DNA from: Epithemia pelagica
Taxonomy: Eukaryota; Protista; Bacillariophyta
Assembly (NCBI GenBank): GCA_946965045.2
Contig: OX337235.1
Coordinates: 682,001-746,000 of the forward strand
DNA: 64,000 nt
Direction of reading: 5' to 3'
Position numbers and translations under genes: made by a program. Shown here in pieces: positions 44,249 to 56,820 of this stretch (position 1 is the first letter of the stretch; every line of letters starts with the position of its first letter). The notes below the pieces were generated by a model. It did not search any database. It had not been told where the DNA came from and saw only the letters and a list, made by a program, of their open reading frames with translations.

Positions 44249-45989
44249 TTAAACAATATCGGGAACCACACTGCGCTTGTTGGGTTTGGTAGTGGTATTC
44301 GTTCCACACGACGCGGTCGAACAGCACGTTTGTTCGAGCCGCGCCAGGGAGGCACTGCTGCTGCTGGTACAAAATCCCATGACTTCGTCCCGCACGGGCG
44401 TCGGAAAACAGGCTCCATGCACAAAGGGCGACAACCAATCGAGACGGAATTTGTTGGCCATGAGATTGTGGTGTCGTCGTCCCTTCTTGTTACTTCGGCC
44501 TTCTTTGGACAAACCAAACACTTCGGCCAGACCCGACAAGGATCCACCCACTTCAATTCCCTTGAGACGATCAATGTGCGTCATTTTATGCTGTACCACT
44601 TCCATTTGATCAACTGTTAACACAGAGCAAACACCACAAATGGACCAATCCGCAAGGCAAGCACAGGTCATGGTCAGTACACCAACCTGTCGGAAAAAGA
44701 CGTTACAAGATTGCCATTTTCGGCACCAAGAATGTTCACGTACACATCATACAGGAGGTAAAGATTCCAAACAAGAGCGATTCAATCAAGAGTAGTAGAA
44801 CTGTCAATAACTGAGAGGGATGATCGACGCACGAGGGGGGAGGACTATGCAAGGCTTCGGCGTGGACGGCCGCCGACGCATTGGCGGCTTGCATCGCATG
44901 GTCATAATGCCCATGTCGATGATACAAATGACTCCGGGAGGAATGGACACAGGAAGAAAATCGAAAAATGACGAGCAGCATGGAATAGGTGCAATTGACA
45001 AAGGTGTAAAAGACAAAGAGCAAAAAGTACTTGTGATTGCCAATGGCAACGCAATTGTTGACCCAGGGACAATGATGATCCATTTTGATAATGCATCGTT
45101 TGCAAATACTGCAATGATGCGCTCGCGGTGGTTTGAAGGCCTTGCAGCGACGACACAACCGCAAATTGCGTGGTTGCTTCCGTGTCAAGGGTACGTGATC
45201 CAAAAGGGCATCTTCTCCGTTGGTCCGACTGCCGGCATTGACAAAGGCATCTTCTTCGTCGGCGTCCTCGGGTTCCTCTTCCGGTAAGGGTTTGGCATCG
45301 GGTGGGACCGCACCTGGATTGGTCGTCATGGTTTTGAAATGACTGTAAATGGCCAATCCGGCAATGGACACAAACAAGGCTTCATGAAACAAGCCGACAC
45401 TGGTCAGGTGTCGGACCGATTCGCCCGTGGCTGTGACGAGCGTCACCGACATCCAGGGTGGTAACAACACCCACGTGACGGCATAGAGCGAATACAAATG
45501 CAAACTGTACGTAAAGGCCGCGCACAACAAACCGCAACAATCCAAATTCAACCACATGTAGTCAAAGGGTCCTGTACCAAACCAACGACGACGAACTGTG
45601 GCTCTCAAGACGGATTGTTCCTTGTGCAAATCTTCCATGACACGATTGCTCAAATCAATGGAAGACATGGGTCCGGACGACGACGATGTTGTCGTTGTTG
45701 TCAAGGTCGATCGGGACGCGGTCAAGGATCCAGAAAAACTGTGACTGGTACTGGCTTTTCGACTGTTTCGTGAAGTGGTATTTTTCGCGTGATGAGACGT
45801 ATGATTGCCCGAGGATGGAGCCGATTGGGTCGCCAACAAGGTCGTCGTTGCCGGAAGAATGGTCGGTGGTGACGACTGACTGGTGCTGCTGGTCCCTGTA
45901 GCAGCGGACGCACCGCCTGCCATGGGAGTTTTACGACGCTTGGTCGTTCCCACATTGGACGATGTCATGGCAGTGTCTTCCAGCATCAT
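44249..45989 (-). CDS. DHHC protein S-acyltransferase; exons 45989-44744 and 44613-44249
   Basis: CRRC..RAHHCSICKRCIIKMDHHCPWVNNC and four TM segments. Intron 44743-44614 (gtacgt..ttaacag) splices to SCMMFDQM..THIDRLK..EVFG..WLSPF. Confidence 0.9.
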
Positions 45990-47856
45990 GGTATGCAGTG
46001 CAATCGAACCAAACCAACCACAACAACAACAGTTGGTACTTGTACGAATGACAAGAACCTCATTGTGCTTGTGTGTCGGCACGAAGTACTATTTTGTTTA
46101 CAGTCCAAAAAACGTGACACAATTAAGACTGTTCGGCTCAAATGGAAGGATTAAAATGTAAGGGTCGGATCGGAGATAAGCACATAGATCGAATCGTCTT
46201 TTGATGCTCTTTCAGATAAGCCCCTATATGTCTTCTGAAATAAAGATATACATTTCTGAATATTTGGTTAAAGTTTGCCCAACGAAATTCTAGTATTGAA
46301 AACCCTAATGGGGTTTGTGTGGCACAGGTGAAGGAAGACTACGTGAGTCGCGCGCGTGAATGACCTTAGGGGTACGAGCCGCGCGCAACCCAAAAACTTT
46401 GGAGCGCGATAGCTCGAGAGAGGGATTTTTGGAAAATCCTGCCATTTGAACAGAACAGTCTTAATTAGGAATGCTGGTGGCTACCGATGCTACCCGGACC
46501 ATGAGAGTTTCGAGAAGAACCATGATGGGAGTGTCCGCAGTCCTGTCTCTAGGAAGAGCGACGAAACAGAGAATCATGTCGCTTCCCAATTCTCATGGGT
46601 GCCATTTTTACTCTAGGTAGACTGGTTCATCGTCTGTCAATCAACGAGGGTGCACAACCATTGTCTCTCGGGGGGCGTTTGGCCTACTTTTGTGTGGACG
46701 TGAGAACACCAATCTATACTTTTCCTAATTCCTAAGTAGACTTTGAAAACAAATACAGCTGCACCCCAACAAATGACGATGAAAATCCAAACATCCTCCA
46801 GTAGTCGTTGTCGATTGTCGACATTGCACCGCCCAACATTTTCGTATTGTATCTGTCCCATCCATGGCAGTGTCCCAAGGAGTGAACATAGAGCGTCCAG
46901 TCTCTTGCTTCGTCGTCCTGAAGGATGAGGCTGTGTTGTTGTCATTCGATAGAGCGAAACAAGCCTTTACCTCTTGTGTGCCCGCTGTCCTTTTCGCAAC
47001 TGTTCAGATGGCACATGGCAGTAGAGGCTCTAGAGAGTGGTACGAGGCGTAGTAGAGGTGTAATAGATAATAGTCGGAGAAGAGGATAGAGGATAGGCCA
47101 TGGCCAAGAGAATTGAAGGCCTACGGTCTACGGTATCGAAAATCGAAACACGGGATCGCTTATTATGGCGGTGGCTACCATAACTCGTCGTTTTCGCTAT
47201 CCGGAAGCTCGAAGATGTTCGACGCAACAATTCTCAGGACTCATGGAACGCTAGAAAGTGGTCAGTCGCCGTTGTTCCAACGGAACCTGTCCGCCGGCCC
47301 GTCTACTCTCTATCTGACACATTTTCTTACAGGAGAGTATTTCGTATTTCAGCCTCTCATTTGAGCCATGACATGTCTCATCTATTCTTCAACGGCCCAT
47401 CAAAATCAAAGCGGGATGATCAATAATCAATACCCAATACCGTAGACGAGCCACACAAGATAGAATCATCCATAATCTCATGTTCAAGGAGGACTTGATA
47501 ATTCCGATCTCCAATGGGACAAGCGAGCCAGTTAATCGAAAAACGTAAAATGTAAAATTATGGCGTGGCTGCTGTTTGAAGCCTGAAGCCCCAAGCCCCA
47601 AGTTGAACATTGAACAACACGACAAGGACTCGCCTCAACTCGGGGCACTTCCAATTTCCAAGCAAGACCCGTGCCAAGCGGCCGAGGCCATTCATGACTT
47701 TTCTTGATTGTTCGATGGATTGATGGAGAAATCTCTCTGCTGGTTTAGGTGTTAGGCGTCATCTCGTCCATTATTCTCACAACAAGCAAGAAGAAGAACT
47801 TGGTTGTTGTTGTCTTCCCAGTTCTTGCCCTTGGAAGAGGAAGCATTGTGTCGGCC

Positions 47857-49183
47857 ATGGAGTATGCAGAAGAGAAAGAGTTCACATCCTTCGAAGAGGA
47901 AACCACATCCGCTTCGGACGCGGAAGAATCTAGAATGTTGAACTCACTGGATGCTGGCACTGACGGTCTTGAAACATCACCACCAAGAAGTCTTTTGGGC
48001 CTGGAACAGCTCCGAGACCGAGCTCGTATGCATGTTCAAGAGGTAAGTCGTCCTTTGTTCCAACTGCTACATGCTTCCGCATTGAATATCGGCGGCTCAT
48101 GTTCTTTGTCACGTTCTCAACCTTTGATACTTGTAGTATATTCGGACCATACCGGCTGGACGCAAGTTGGCCTACATGGAAGCGGTGACCAAGGCACCCA
48201 ATCTGGTTGCGACCGAGACGGACGCGATGCAGTTTGTCCGTCACTGCAAGTACAATATTGCCGCGGCATCCGAACGACTCATCTTGTACTGGACGACACG
48301 GAAACAAGTCTTTGGTGCAAATGGAGCCTTTTTGCCTCTTTCCATGACTGGGTATGGGGCCTTGACGGAAAATGATGTTTTGCAACTCAAAGCAGGCTTT
48401 CCGGCGTGGTTGCCGAACACAACCGGTGGTCTTCATGTCGCCTACGCCGATCGTCGACAACACCTTCCAAGTTGCGATGCGGAAGCTCGTTTGCGATGTA
48501 CATTTTACTTGGCCCATTTGGCATCCAAAGATAGCCTGACTCAAACGGATGGAGTCTTGGTACTGGTGCTGTTGAACAATAAGCGAGTCATGGGGTTTGA
48601 TCTCGACTATGCGCGCAAAAGCTCACACCTACTCAGACATGTCTTACCCATCAAGTTTCGCCATCATATTCTGAATTTCATGCCAACCACCATGACACGG
48701 CGGTATACAGCTCAAAATATCATCACCAACTATCTTTCTGAGCTGTTGAACATCGGATTTGGTCCCTCCGATACACGTGTTCACTTTGAACGCGAAAATG
48801 GCCAGATTTTGAGGGAACTCATGGAGCTGGGTTTAACAAAAGAGGGCATACCAACCGATTTGGGTGGATCCTGGACCTTTGACATGTTTTCGGACTGGTG
48901 TCGCCAGCAAGTGGCGGCAGAGCGACTCGAATCTCTCCGAGCCGGCACGGGAATGTTCCCAGCAACCATGGCTTTTCCGGCCGACGAGCAATCGAGACTT
49001 ACACAAGTACGAATGACCAACGCCATTCATTCTCGTCGAAAACGCGATCGAAGACGGAACGAAGAGGCCGAGTTGAAAGAAGAACATGCAAAGCTGGAAG
49101 CTGAACATGCCTCATTGGAAGCCGAACACAAGAGGCTTCGAAACTTGCTCGAACAAGCAAACGAAGTGCTGGGCGAGATATAG
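47857..49183 (+). CDS. CRAL-TRIO-like domain fused to a C-terminal bZIP; exons 47857-48042 and 48137-49183 (410 aa)
   Basis: Phase-0 intron gtaagt..ttgtag. FVR..AASERLILYW..R..FG and IPTDLGG motifs. C-terminal N-x7-R-x9-L-x6-L-x6-L-x6-L. Confidence 0.8.
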
Positions 49184-49581
49184 GCCGGCTGCGATGATAG
49201 CAAACACACCTCAACTGCAGACTCGTAAGGAAATGTAACATTGTTTTTGCTTTTTTACAGGTAGCCCATTCCAAACGCTGACATGATACATGATGCTGGT
49301 AGATCAGCTATCAGCATTGCAAAATTACCTGACCGCAAAGCATCGGTAGAAAACCAAAGACGAGGATGTCGCTTTTGAGTCGCTCACATGAAAATGGTGA
49401 TTGTGGGAACCATGGCATGACATGACCCATCAACAAAAAAACAATTTAAGAGCAGATGTCCTTTGACACTGATATAAGTTCGCGTCTGCCCCAAGAAGGT
49501 GTATGGAGGATCTTTCAATGAAGCTCGTCTCGTCTTTCTGTTTCGCTGATTGCTTGCCCCACCATATCTTTGGTTGTGGAA

Positions 49582-51001
49582 ATGAATGCCTTTGCCATTC
49601 GACGCTGCCTTCTCAAGGGACCATTTGGACTTGTGCAGCCAGATTTTTATTCTTCTCCTGTATCGTTTGGACTTGAGAATGTTTCTCATTGGTTCTCGAA
49701 ACAAAGACGTTTTCTCAGCAGCTCTGCTCAGATTGACGATGATGATCCCGACGCTCCACTTCCGGGACCAGTTGTGCCTCCCGTTGATCGATGGAATCCT
49801 CGACAAGCAAAGCTTCTCTTTGCCCAGTTGAATGCTCTTCGAACACCCATAAACGAAAACAATATGACTCAAACGGAGGCATCGCTTGTCGGGTGCTTGA
49901 GGGAGGTATACAATCCTATACTAACTCCTGTCAAAAACGGCAAAAATCGAGAAACATTTTGGCTGCCGTTCCGAAATGCCGAAAAGAACATTTCACAATT
50001 CTTTGAAGAATGGCTTTATTACGCCCCGAAACCAGACGGAAACAAAACTCCCGGTCTCTATGCTGAAGAATGGGATTACCTGGCTAATACCAAGGAAGGT
50101 CTGAAACTCACCAATGAAAACGAGCCGTTCAAAAAGTGGTTTGTCGACTTTTTGTATCTTCGTGGCACATGGATTAAATCTAATCTCTCCTCAGCCTCCC
50201 TTAGGCAATGGATGGTATACCAAGGCGAAGCCGGACATCCATTCAATATTTCCGACTATATTGTTCCAGATCCAAAGGCTCCCGGTGGCGGCTTCAAGTC
50301 GTTTAACCAGTTCTTTTTGCGTTGAATCAAACAGGGCGTCAGACCACTTGGCAACGCCCCAATTGTATCGCCCTGCGATGGTGGTGCCTTTTACCTTGAA
50401 GAAGAGCTTAAGGTCCCATCTTGTGAAGACAATGGTAGCGATAAGAAACCAATCATCTTGCCACGCAAGTCAAACGATCCCTTTGACATGCGCTTCCCGG
50501 ATATGGTGATGCGTTTGTGGGTTGTCCACAATTGGACATTCTCTTGTGGTTTACAGACTACCATCATTTCAATTCCCCTGTCGAAGGGGAAGTGATTCAT
50601 GCATCGGAGTACAAAGGGTCTTACAACTACGACTTTGACGACTATAATCCAGATGATCCGCACGCTCCCCCTCCGTTGGAGGGGAGCGACAAGGTGGGTT
50701 TGTATCAGAACCTGGCCAAACACAAACGGTATGCCTGGATTATCAGGACACCAGATCTAGGCTTGGTTGCTATGATTGCCATTGGATTCTGGGATGTTGG
50801 ATCTATTATTCAGTTGCTAGAGTTGGGGACAAGCTCGAAAAGGGGCAGTACATGGGACACTTTGCCTACGGAGGATCCTCCATTGTCCTTGCTTTTGAAC
50901 CCGGCAAGAACGTAGAATTTAGTGTGGAAGGCAAGCCTCTTCTTGGCGCTGATCAACCCACCCTCATCAAGATTCGTCTGGATTTTGGTGGAACGAAATA
51001 A
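49582..51001 (+). pseudogene. Phosphatidylserine decarboxylase family pseudogene
   Basis: FNQFFLR*IK, IVSPCDG, DYHHFNSPVEG and GHFAYGGSSIV (pyruvoyl site). Lesions: TGA 50323-50325 and frameshifts near 50495 and 50815. Confidence 0.85.
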
Positions 51002-51382
51002 AGTCTTGATTTCTCGAAAAGCTTTCAAAGACCACATCTATTAGCAACCCGCATGTTCCAATACCTCTTGAGCTTTAGTTTGTTCTTGTGCAGAACAGAT
51101 GCGTATCCATGATAGCGGACGGTCCAAACTGATGCGGTGGGGATAGGGTGGAGTAATAATCTCCTTTTCTGACTGTCCCTTTCCCAACCTCTAGCCGCTT
51201 CGGACAACAAAACGGTTCCAGTACACCCTCAGCGGACATTGCGATATCTGTGTGTGGTTTGATCAACGCATCTGCGACCGAGACAATCGGTGAGTGACAC
51301 TTCGTTACATGTTGGATGCAGGCCTTGTTCCAGAGAAGATCCTATTACTCACTTCTTTTGTCGATTCAAAAGAACATCCGAA

Positions 51383-51453
51383 TCCGACATCCTCCGACAT
51401 CTCCGACATCTCCGACATCATCCGACCTCCGACATCCGACATCTCCGACATCC
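51383..51453. repeat. Degenerate TCCGAC(ATC) minisatellite, about 8 copies
   Basis: Repeated tccgacatc units. Confidence 0.85.
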
Positions 51454-51747
51454 GTGACTCATGTAATACTCCTATCGATGTATGAAAGCTGAAGCTAGTT
51501 GATAATGGCATGATGCGTCATCGTGACTATACTCTGAGTAGTAGAACAAAAATTTGAGTCCCAAATAGCGGAAGTTCGAAGAGATTCCTCTTCCGAGTCC
51601 CTCTTTTTTTCGCAAGACAACAGACAACATCTTCTCACAAAATCAACACGCAATCACCGAAAACCGAAAACCCAAGACAACACAAAATATCCATACTCTA
51701 GAAAGATCTGTCTCTCTTTACAGACAAACGACAAGAACAGTACAGCC

Positions 51748-52521
51748 ATGTCTTTTTCTTCCTCTTTACCTTTTCCCATTGAAAACCAAGTTGCCTTTGT
51801 GACTGGAACCAACAAGCCCAATGGCCTTGGACGAGCCATGGTTCATGCACTCTTACAACAAGGTGCGCAAAAGGTCTATGCCACCGCCCGAGATGCATCT
51901 GAGCTCCAAGACTTGGTGACCCAATATAACACGAGAGTCGTTGCGGTGGAACTGGATGTGACGGACCTTTCGGCCATTGCCGCACTTTCCACCTTGTACC
52001 CGGACGTGACAGTCCTGGTCAACAATGCCGGATACTTGTCGGGCAACGGTGCCATGGATAATGATTTGGAAAAGCTGCAGCGAGAAATCAACGTCAACTT
52101 GATTGCACCATGGGCCATGGTCCAAAGTTTTGGTGCTCTTTGGAAAAGATCCAATAGCAGTCGTGACACTTCCTCGACTGCTGTGGTGAATATCAATTCG
52201 ATTGCCTCACTCATCAGTTTTCCAGTGGCTGGCACCTACTCGGCCGTCAAGGCTGCCTCGCATTCCATGACACAAGCCCAACGACGAGAACTCCCCAATA
52301 GCTTGGTAGTGGGTGTATATCCTGGGCCTATTGATACATCCATGACCAAAGAAGTACCATTTGAAAAGGCTCCACCAAGTTCGGTGGCTAAGGCCATTCT
52401 TCAAGGTTTGCAAGAAGGTCAAGAAGATATCTTTCCGGATGCAGTGGCCAAGGATCTTTATGCAAAGTGGCAGAAAGATGCCAAAGCAGTCGAACAATCA
52501 ATGGCTCAATCATCTCAATAG
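51748..52521 (+). CDS. Classical short-chain dehydrogenase/reductase, 257 aa
   Basis: VTGTNKPNGLG glycine-rich loop, NNAG, catalytic Ser in NSIAS, YSAVK (YxxxK), PGPIDT. Confidence 0.9.
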   Translation: MSFSSSLPFPIENQVAFVTGTNKPNGLGRAMVHALLQQGAQKVYATARDASELQDLVTQYNTRVVAVELDVTDLSAIAALSTLYPDVTVLVNNAGYLSGNGAMDNDLEKLQREINVNLIAPWAMVQSFGALWKRSNSSRDTSSTAVVNINSIASLISFPVAGTYSAVKAASHSMTQAQRRELPNSLVVGVYPGPIDTSMTKEVPFEKAPPSSVAKAILQGLQEGQEDIFPDAVAKDLYAKWQKDAKAVEQSMAQSSQ

Positions 52522-52816
52522 CTGTACATAAGAACCCGTGGACAAAGGAGGATCCTCTTCGCAACAGTTTAGTCAGTCTCTCTGTGTGTGTGGAAACAAT
52601 ACTCTCGTCCATAATGCTATTTGCAAGTCATGGTAGTTATTTCTGACAAGTCAAATAAAAGAGAGTAAATCTTGTAGCATAATGCACTTCTTTACTAGCC
52701 GGCGCAATTTGGACCAAACAATCACCACCCTATTTAATAGTCTCCTCGTTGCTGAACATGTCATGTGTTCCACATCACACCTTTCAAGTGTCATCCGTCC
52801 CCCCTCCATCAACACG

Positions 52817-53977
52817 TCACGTATTGGTCCTCGCTCGTTTGCAGGCTAATGTCGAGCGCGAGCCGGGTGTTTTTTTGGCATCTTGGATACCACTTTGTTC
52901 ATGACGACGGTGGTACCATTGGTTCGCTTGCTGCTCACAGAGTCGCCGAAAACACCACGTATGCCTGTCCATCAAGGATACTGTCTCACAGGAAGGATAC
53001 AAATATCCGCCAATCACGGCAATTTGATTGGCAAAAGTCACCACACTGCAGTTTCGACGCATTTGTTTGAGTGGTGGGAGATTCCAGACACGGTTACGGT
53101 ACGTATCCAAAATTTCCACAGTGTTGCCTTGTCCTGCCACAACCAGGCAGGATCTCACGGCGACCACTTGCGGGCTAGGGAAACGCCGGCATTCGGAAAG
53201 GACGAAATCAGAGTGACTCGTCCAACCGGGCGAAGAGGAAATGAGAGCCGCAACAGTCTCCTCCGTTGTCTCTTTACTGCCCAAAGGTTGCTTTGGAAAG
53301 TCCCAATACTCCACCGAGCGTCCAACTACAAAGATGCGGTCTTGCCGTAAAACGGTACTGGAACACCATTCTCGAGGAGTGTTCATGGATGGTCCCTCAA
53401 TGACAGTGAGGTTGATGGTGTCAATAATGTCAACTGACGACAAGCCCCAAGTCTGCCTTTGGTTGCATCCACCCATTACCACAATGTAACGATTTTGAAC
53501 TGCAACCGCGGAACATCCTTTCCGTCTCGTTGATAGTCGACATCTCAATGTTGTCCATTCCTCTTTGCGCCTCGCTGATGATGATTGCAGCAAATCTTTG
53601 ACATCCATCCGTTCAATACAATTCAAATTTGTGCCTCCATCTCCACCGAAATTGCCTCCCAGAACGTAAACTCCTCCATTGCACACAACCGCTGCAAACT
53701 TACAACGTTTCTTGTTCAAAGGGGGACCTTTTCGCCACCGCTTGGATGGTTCTGATAAATCCAATAACAGCACGGAGTTGAGAATGCCATGGAACTTTTG
53801 ATATCCTCCCAACACGGCTACCGTATGTGCCTGGTCGTTGTCGGGATGATGGAGTACGACCGAAGTGTGATACATACGCCATTCACCCTCCAGAGGTGGC
53901 CAGTCCTCTTCATTCCATTCGGCGGTCTCGTCCGACAAGACAATCCCCGAGTGCCATCCTTGCTCTTCCAGCGTCAT
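52817..53977 (-). CDS. Kelch-repeat protein, copy 1 (about 386 aa)
   Basis: Repeated VLGG..W..GPPL..R motifs; no BTB domain seen. Confidence 0.85.
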   Translation of the reverse strand: MTLEEQGWHSGIVLSDETAEWNEEDWPPLEGEWRMYHTSVVLHHPDNDQAHTVAVLGGYQKFHGILNSVLLLDLSEPSKRWRKGPPLNKKRCKFAAVVCNGGVYVLGGNFGGDGGTNLNCIERMDVKDLLQSSSARRKEEWTTLRCRLSTRRKGCSAVAVQNRYIVVMGGCNQRQTWGLSSVDIIDTINLTVIEGPSMNTPREWCSSTVLRQDRIFVVGRSVEYWDFPKQPLGSKETTEETVAALISSSPGWTSHSDFVLSECRRFPSPQVVAVRSCLVVAGQGNTVEILDTYRNRVWNLPPLKQMRRNCSVVTFANQIAVIGGYLYPSCETVSLMDRHTWCFRRLCEQQANQWYHRRHEQSGIQDAKKTPGSRSTLACKRARTNT

Positions 53978-55188
53978 TGTTACGTGCTTCGCAATCTTTG
54001 GACTTTTTGTGAACGATTGACGGCAAGGAAGACAAGCACACGTTGGATGTTGGTATGAAGTTTGTATAGAGACAAAATATATGGGCGTTGGATGTTGGAA
54101 TGAAGTTTGCAACCGTTTTTGGATCGCTTTAAAAGAGGAGGCAAACCCAACACGGCACCATGCACAGATCCATCCACGCGGCGATCCAACAAATCTGTCC
54201 GATCGCATCAAGTGGCGGCCCGTGGCAAACCCATTACAGCCACCCTTCTCAACCAACAGAAAATGTTCCTCGTCCCCTTACCGTTGACCATCTCGGTGGT
54301 CTCGGTTTTTTTGCCACCTCTCTCCTCTTCCATCGCCCATCGACTCCCCCTTTTGGTCCTCATGGACCACCCTCTGCAAAGACCCTTTCCTTGGCCTCTC
54401 TCCGACCCAGGGCGCCCCTAAACCAGAAGCCTTCGAACCCTTTGACAACCTTCGCAACTGTCCAACCAACTTTTCAGCTGCAAAACACCCCCACGAACCA
54501 TTGTCCTCCCGCACTCAGTCCCCTGACCCAGATCCCACCACCTTCCTTTCTCTCTCTGCGTACTCCAAAATTGCCCTTGGCCATGCAATGATCAATGGCC
54601 TTGCCAAACATATCCATCAACAACAAGCTCTCCATTGCGCACGCTCAATCCAAAACGAATCCGTAACTCCCCCCAAACCTACACACGTCCCCCCACTATG
54701 CTCCGTTTTGGCTCCAAGATTCACTGGATACAACCCCACTAGCCACGCCCGCCTAACGGCCGTGGTTTCCCTCTCAAAAAGATACCACAAAAGATCCAGA
54801 GAACATCCTCAACATGTCTATACCTACCTTGCATCATGGATCTAGATCTACAAAGAAATAGATCCTACTGCATGATCTCACTTATACCTGGTCGTTGTGT
54901 GCGATTGGGTCCAAGCCAACAAGGCACAGCCATGCAACTCTACGAGCTACGAGACTCTTATATTCTAGCATCAGAACCGGCAGAATCATGCAAAACAATT
55001 ATGACACCTACAGAGTATTGGAGTCGTTGTTTCTTCTATAGTTCCATCGGATGTCATTCGAAGGTAGTACGGTTTTCTTCTCAATTTCTCGATCGATTCG
55101 AAAGCAACTGGGAAAGAGGACGGTTTGGATAAAGGCACAGACAAAATGTTCCAGTCTCTCCCATGGACATAGTGTTTGGTGGTGCTTT

Positions 55189-56586
55189 CTAGACAAACTC
55201 CACGGATGGAGAGGAGGAAGACGACGACGACGACGACGAGGAACAATCGGATGGTGACAAGGGATCCTCGTTCTTCTTCTTCTTCTTCTTCTTCTTCTTC
55301 TTCTTCTTCTTCTTCTTCTTCTTCTTCTTCTTCTTCTTCTTCTTCTTGATGGTTGACCTTCCTCGATGCTGACGTTGCAAGGTGGACAAGGAATTGGAAT
55401 GTCTCTTGTTGCTGTTGTCGGTCGGTTGTATGGTGTGGAGTGTCCACCCAAGACACCGTTGGCGCCGCATGCGACGTGGAGGAGACGAAGCAGACAATGC
55501 GTCCTTCCGAGCAGAGTTATTGGATGATGACAAGAGACCTTGATGATCCAAATCCCCATTGCCAAAGAGTTGCAAATAATTGTCCATGGTCAAGACGAGA
55601 GGGTCCTCTGACACCGTGCCATCACCAATCGTCCCGTGAGCTGCATCAGGCGAATGGGGTGGTGTCGAGTCTCGAAACCACCACGTGAAACATCCATGGT
55701 GGCGTCGTCCTCGGACCGGAGACGAGGCGGACGAACCAGGCGACAAGGAGGATAACGACAATGTGGAAAAGGACGAGTCTGTTGTCGCCGGACGAGTGTC
55801 CCAATTGTAACTGGCATGAATGTTGCGCAATTGATCGTGACGGGCTTGTCGTTGCTTCCATCGTTAGTTGTTGTTCTTTTCTTGATCTTGTTGGTTGCCA
55901 CGATACCAAGCCATGACTCCCATTCCAAGGATGAGGAGGACAACAATGGCAATGACAATCCCTACGACTGCAGTTTCTTCCTGTTTTACGAAAGGAGAGG
56001 GAGCGTCCATGGGTACGCAAAAGGCGGCCGATAGGACTTGATGATGCTGCGACGACGACAGGGAAGAGGAGGAATTTGGGGGAATCCCGACATTTTCCTC
56101 CATGGCCTCAAACAAGTTGGCCTCGCGAGGCAGGCACTGCGTCGTAGTGGGTATCGATGAAACGGTCGTGGCCATGAAATAATCAGTGCCCAATGTCGTC
56201 GTCGTGGCGGCGTCCTCCAAACATGTGGGAGAAGGTTGCGACAAGCGACACCCGTGACAGGGCGTTCCGGTCCAAACCGTCGTGGTCACAGGCCATGCCG
56301 AATCCATGGCGGTATCCCCGAAATGGGAATTAGTCATTGGGGTGGTCAGCAACTCGAGGTTGGGACACGAGCGCCATTCGGTACCCACTGCTGCTTGTGT
56401 TGCTGCGGCGTCGTGACAAGCCTCTTGCATGGCGGTATGGGTCACGGGAGGATGGTTGGGATCGGGTAAGCGCACCATTCGTGGTACCAGAGTTAACGAG
56501 TGGGTCTTGGTGGTGGTTGTATCGTCCTCGTCTTGGTTCGCCGTCATTATCGGCATTGTCTTGGGGGACCATATAAGTGCTGCCAC
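55189..56586 (-). pseudogene. Single-pass membrane protein B, copy 1, with in-frame TAA at 55864-55866 and a poly-Lys tail
   Basis: ORFs 55864-56586 and 55189-55830 are in one frame; TM VVGIVIAIVVLLILGMGVMAWY; paralogous to 58655-59567. Confidence 0.6.
55271..55347. repeat. (TTC)25 microsatellite
   Basis: Pure trinucleotide run; encodes K25 on the minus strand. Confidence 0.97.
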
Positions 56587-56820
56587 AATCCCTCGGAACC
56601 GTAGTCGACCGTCGACACGTGAACAACAGGCGTGGAGTCATGACAATTCTTTGGATGGGAATCGACGACTTGAATGCGTCGCAATGGAAGAGAGTAATTT
56701 TTGTCGCATTATGCACTTCTTTACCAGAATAAAATAAGCCTGCGCTATTTGGACAAAACAATCACCACTCTATTTAATAGTCTCCTCGTTGCATGTGGCA
56801 TCCGTCCCTTCATCACCACG

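Noticed and set aside
7561-50325. Alternative genetic code or selenocysteine recoding to explain the many in-frame TGA codons
   Set aside because: The TGAs align to different residues (Gly, Cys, probably Arg), TAA and TAG lesions and frameshifts co-occur, and intact ORFs such as the SET gene end in TGA.
51383-51453. CRISPR array or other repeat-spacer system
   Set aside because: No unique spacers between constant repeats here or elsewhere in the window, and no cas genes; the sequence is eukaryotic.
51748-52521. Recent bacterial horizontal transfer of the intronless SDR
   Set aside because: Intronless genes are common in this window and no compositional break is evident; needs a phylogeny.
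54986-55565. Poly-Glu and poly-Arg ORFs
   Set aside because: These are alternative frames of the (AAG)n tract; homology with copy 2 identifies the poly-Lys frame as the real one.
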